DNA of 64,000 bases from Candidatus Latescibacterota bacterium. GTDB lineage: Bacteria; Latescibacterota; UBA2968; SICM01. The notes under the pieces were generated by a model. It was not told the origin of the DNA. It was given only the letters and a program-made list of their open reading frames with translations, and did no database searches. This document shows positions 61,795 through 64,000 of the stretch, in pieces (within the stretch, counting starts at the first letter, position 1; the number at the start of each line of letters is the position of its first letter). The position numbers and the translations under genes are program-made. The stretch is from contig CBDCJO010000002.1 in assembly GCA_965217865.1 (NCBI GenBank), positions 4,608,001 through 4,672,000 on the forward strand, written 5' to 3'.

Positions 61795-63114
61795 CTATCT
61801 TTTGTTAGTAGATATGTAAACGATGCCCCCGGCCAGGAGGACACCGATCGAGATTACCATGCCGATCGGCTTATTGACCAGGGCATAGGAAACCGAGCTG
61901 TAGAACATGAAGAGACAGCTCACGCAGAAGGCAACCGCTGTTGCAGGATAGGCTGTGATCTTATATGGGCGTGGGGTGAGAGGTTCTCTGTGTCTCAACA
62001 CGAAGACCGACAAGCCGGTGGCCAGAAAGAAGATCCAGATGACGGGCGCTGTGTAGAGGATGGTGTCGATAAATGTACCGGCGGCGATCACGATTACCAG
62101 GCTCAGACAGCCCTGTACAATTAGCGCCCAGAAGGGGGTGCCGAGGCGTTGGTCCCACCGGCCAAGCCTCCGGAATTCCGGATGCTCCCTTCCCATGGCG
62201 TAGGAGATTCGAGCACCCGTAAAGATGAGTCCATTGACGGCCCCGAGGGCGGAAATACAGACGATGATGCCAATGCTTCTTCCGGCCATCTCGGGAAATA
62301 CGGTCGCCACTGCTTCGACGGCAACCGCCTGTGAGGTGGCAAGTCTCGCATAACCCAGCGCATAAAGAAATGCCCCGTTTGCCAGCAGATATAACCCCGT
62401 TACGGAAGCGGTGCCGATCACCAAAGCCCGAACGATGTTCCTGCCCGGATCCTTGATCTCCGCCGCGATGAAGGCCATCTCGTTCCAGCCGCCGAATGTA
62501 AACAGGACAAGAATAAGAGCCAGTTCCAAGCCCCCCGAGGTTATTCCCGTCCCACCGTCCCCTCCGGTCCGTTCAGGTGCGAACAGGCCTGCGGCCACTA
62601 TGGCCAGAAGCCCCACGGCTTTGAGCACGGTCAGGAGGTTCTGCGCCCATTTTCCTTCCTTTACCCCAACGATGTTGATGCCCGTGAGCAGGACAATCGC
62701 AGCCGTGGCATAGAACGGTCCGCTCTTCTCGAAAGGTGCATAGAGCGTCTGGGCATACCTGGCAAACACGAAGGCGACGAGTGCGATATTTCCCGGCCGG
62801 ACAACGGCGAGTTTGGACCAGCCGAAAAGATATCCCATCCAGGCGCCGTATGCACGAGTCAGGTAGACGAAGTCGCCCCCCTGCAGGGGATAGGCTGTCG
62901 CCAGCTCGGCGTAGCACAACGCCCCGGAAAGCGCCAGCAATCCGCCCGCCAGCCAGATGCCCAGGACGCCCGCCCATCCGCCTGCCCCTGAAGCGACGGT
63001 CGGGGCGGTCTCGTAGATGCCCGCCCCGATAATGATCCCAACGATGATGCAGGTGGAATCGAAAAGGGTGAGCTCCCTCGTGGGGACACTCCGAGGTTCG
63101 GAAGGATTGTGCAT
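61795..63114 (-). CDS. APC-family amino acid permease
   Basis: IIGAGI, YAELA, GG.FVY, FGGWN, AAEIKDP. Confidence 0.93.
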   Translation of the reverse strand: MHNPSEPRSVPTRELTLFDSTCIIVGIIIGAGIYETAPTVASGAGGWAGVLGIWLAGGLLALSGALCYAELATAYPLQGGDFVYLTRAYGAWMGYLFGWSKLAVVRPGNIALVAFVFARYAQTLYAPFEKSGPFYATAAIVLLTGINIVGVKEGKWAQNLLTVLKAVGLLAIVAAGLFAPERTGGDGGTGITSGGLELALILVLFTFGGWNEMAFIAAEIKDPGRNIVRALVIGTASVTGLYLLANGAFLYALGYARLATSQAVAVEAVATVFPEMAGRSIGIIVCISALGAVNGLIFTGARISYAMGREHPEFRRLGRWDQRLGTPFWALIVQGCLSLVIVIAAGTFIDTILYTAPVIWIFFLATGLSVFVLRHREPLTPRPYKITAYPATAVAFCVSCLFMFYSSVSYALVNKPIGMVISIGVLLAGGIVYISTNKR

Positions 63115-63228
63115 TAAAGGGAAAGTGAGAGAGGTAGTGGGAAGCGATAAGGAAATTTAGTTATCGGGTTGCTTTGTGGCAAGGGACTATCTGTATAAAG
63201 GGTATGAAACCTGGATAAATTAAAACGG

Positions 63229-63248
63229 TCCCGGAGAATCATCTCCGG
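63229..63248. terminator. Hairpin downstream of the last gene
   Basis: CCGGAGA-ATCA-TCTCCGG. Confidence 0.5.
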
Positions 63249-63293
63249 AACCGGATTGTATGTCACTGGAATATATAGCTGGTGGGCTACGTC

Positions 63294-64000
63294 CTAAACA
63301 TCCTTTCCGAACGCACCCGCGAAGAGGAAGAAGTCGTCAAAATCGATCTTGCTGTTGCCGTCCAGGTCGAAACGGACGTTATCACCTGTCGGCTCCTGAC
63401 CGAATGCGACTGCAAACAGGAAAAAGTCATCCAGATTCACATTGCCCGACCCGTCGAAATCGGGAGATGTCCCTGCCGCATAAACAACCCCGGACAGGCG
63501 AACAATCGTGGGATCCCCTGCGTTGTGATCGATCAAAAGGCTGGCCGACTTTGTCCCGGAGGATGTCGGAGAAAATATCACCGTGATCGTCTCGGATCCT
63601 CCTGAAGCGATCGTGACCTGTGTCGTCGAGACCTCGTACTCGGAAGCGTGTGTCCCTTCCACGGTGATCGCGGTGATGGAGAGGTCCTCGGTGCCGGGGT
63701 TGGTGATCGTGAACGATCCCTGATCAATTGTCTCCGCCTCCACACCGTCGAACGACACGACATCGGACGGCAGACTGAGGACCGGTCCGCCTTCTGCGAC
63801 AGCGGCCAGGTCGACGGTGAGCTGGTCCCCGGCGTTGTGATCGACGAGCATGGTGATCGACTTATTCCCGATAGCGGCCGGATCGAATGTAATCGTTATG
63901 GTCTCCGATCCCCCGGGTGCGATCGTGACCGCGGTGGGGGAGACGTCGAATTCCGAAACATCGGCTCCCTCCAGGGTGATCGCTGAGACGGACAGATTTG
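63294..64000 (-). CDS. 3' end of a large secreted protein with ASH/choice-of-anchor-D Ig-like repeats and a C-terminal dockerin-like motif
   Basis: Frame is open to the window edge; two repeats ITNxG..DL.I..I...TI.F.P...G.K; PDFDGSGNVNLDDFFLFA...FDLDGNSKIDFDDFFLFA. Confidence 0.85.
   Translation of the reverse strand, partial: NLSVSAITLEGADVSEFDVSPTAVTIAPGGSETITITFDPAAIGNKSITMLVDHNAGDQLTVDLAAVAEGGPVLSLPSDVVSFDGVEAETIDQGSFTITNPGTEDLSITAITVEGTHASEYEVSTTQVTIASGGSETITVIFSPTSSGTKSASLLIDHNAGDPTIVRLSGVVYAAGTSPDFDGSGNVNLDDFFLFAVAFGQEPTGDNVRFDLDGNSKIDFDDFFLFAGAFGKDV

Noticed and set aside
1-64000. Genome-wide TAG reassignment
   Set aside because: nth, tyrS, the SDR at 9960 and modC end at TAG at the expected lengths, and RF1 is intact.

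Overview
A moderately GC-rich bacterial chromosomal window. The dockerin-like C-terminal tags and overall gene content suggest a Latescibacterota/FCB-related uncultured lineage, but that placement is inference only. It holds mostly housekeeping and metabolic genes: nth, tyrS, PBP1A, pdxJ, polyprenyl synthase, prmC-prfA-rpmE, rho, glnD, lon, glgC, uvrA, modABC, rsgA, rmlA, rnhB, accD, SDRs, a TPP enzyme, SRAP and transporters. No rRNA, tRNA or CRISPR array was recognised. Notable non-routine items: (1) two copies of a composite intergenic element, made of a degenerate GGAAAGGCC+(7-mer)k arm, a conserved ~38-bp core and a pure (ACGAATC)29 or (ACGAATC)37 array, bracket modCBA plus an Ldh-family gene, and shorter 7-bp-period relatives occur at other gene ends; (2) an IS1111-type IS110 element whose ends, AG/CT core, circle-junction promoter and bridge/seek-RNA target and donor guides can be read from the sequence; (3) a 775-bp transposase-less cassette with IS1595/ISNwi-like ends, an 8-bp TSD and a membrane-protein passenger splits a HAD phosphatase gene; (4) an 82-bp direct repeat encloses a strong promoter and a tiny hairpin RNA next to a higBA locus; (5) many genes carry disrupting lesions, including a 14-bp duplication, small deletions, 1-nt indels and in-frame TAGs.
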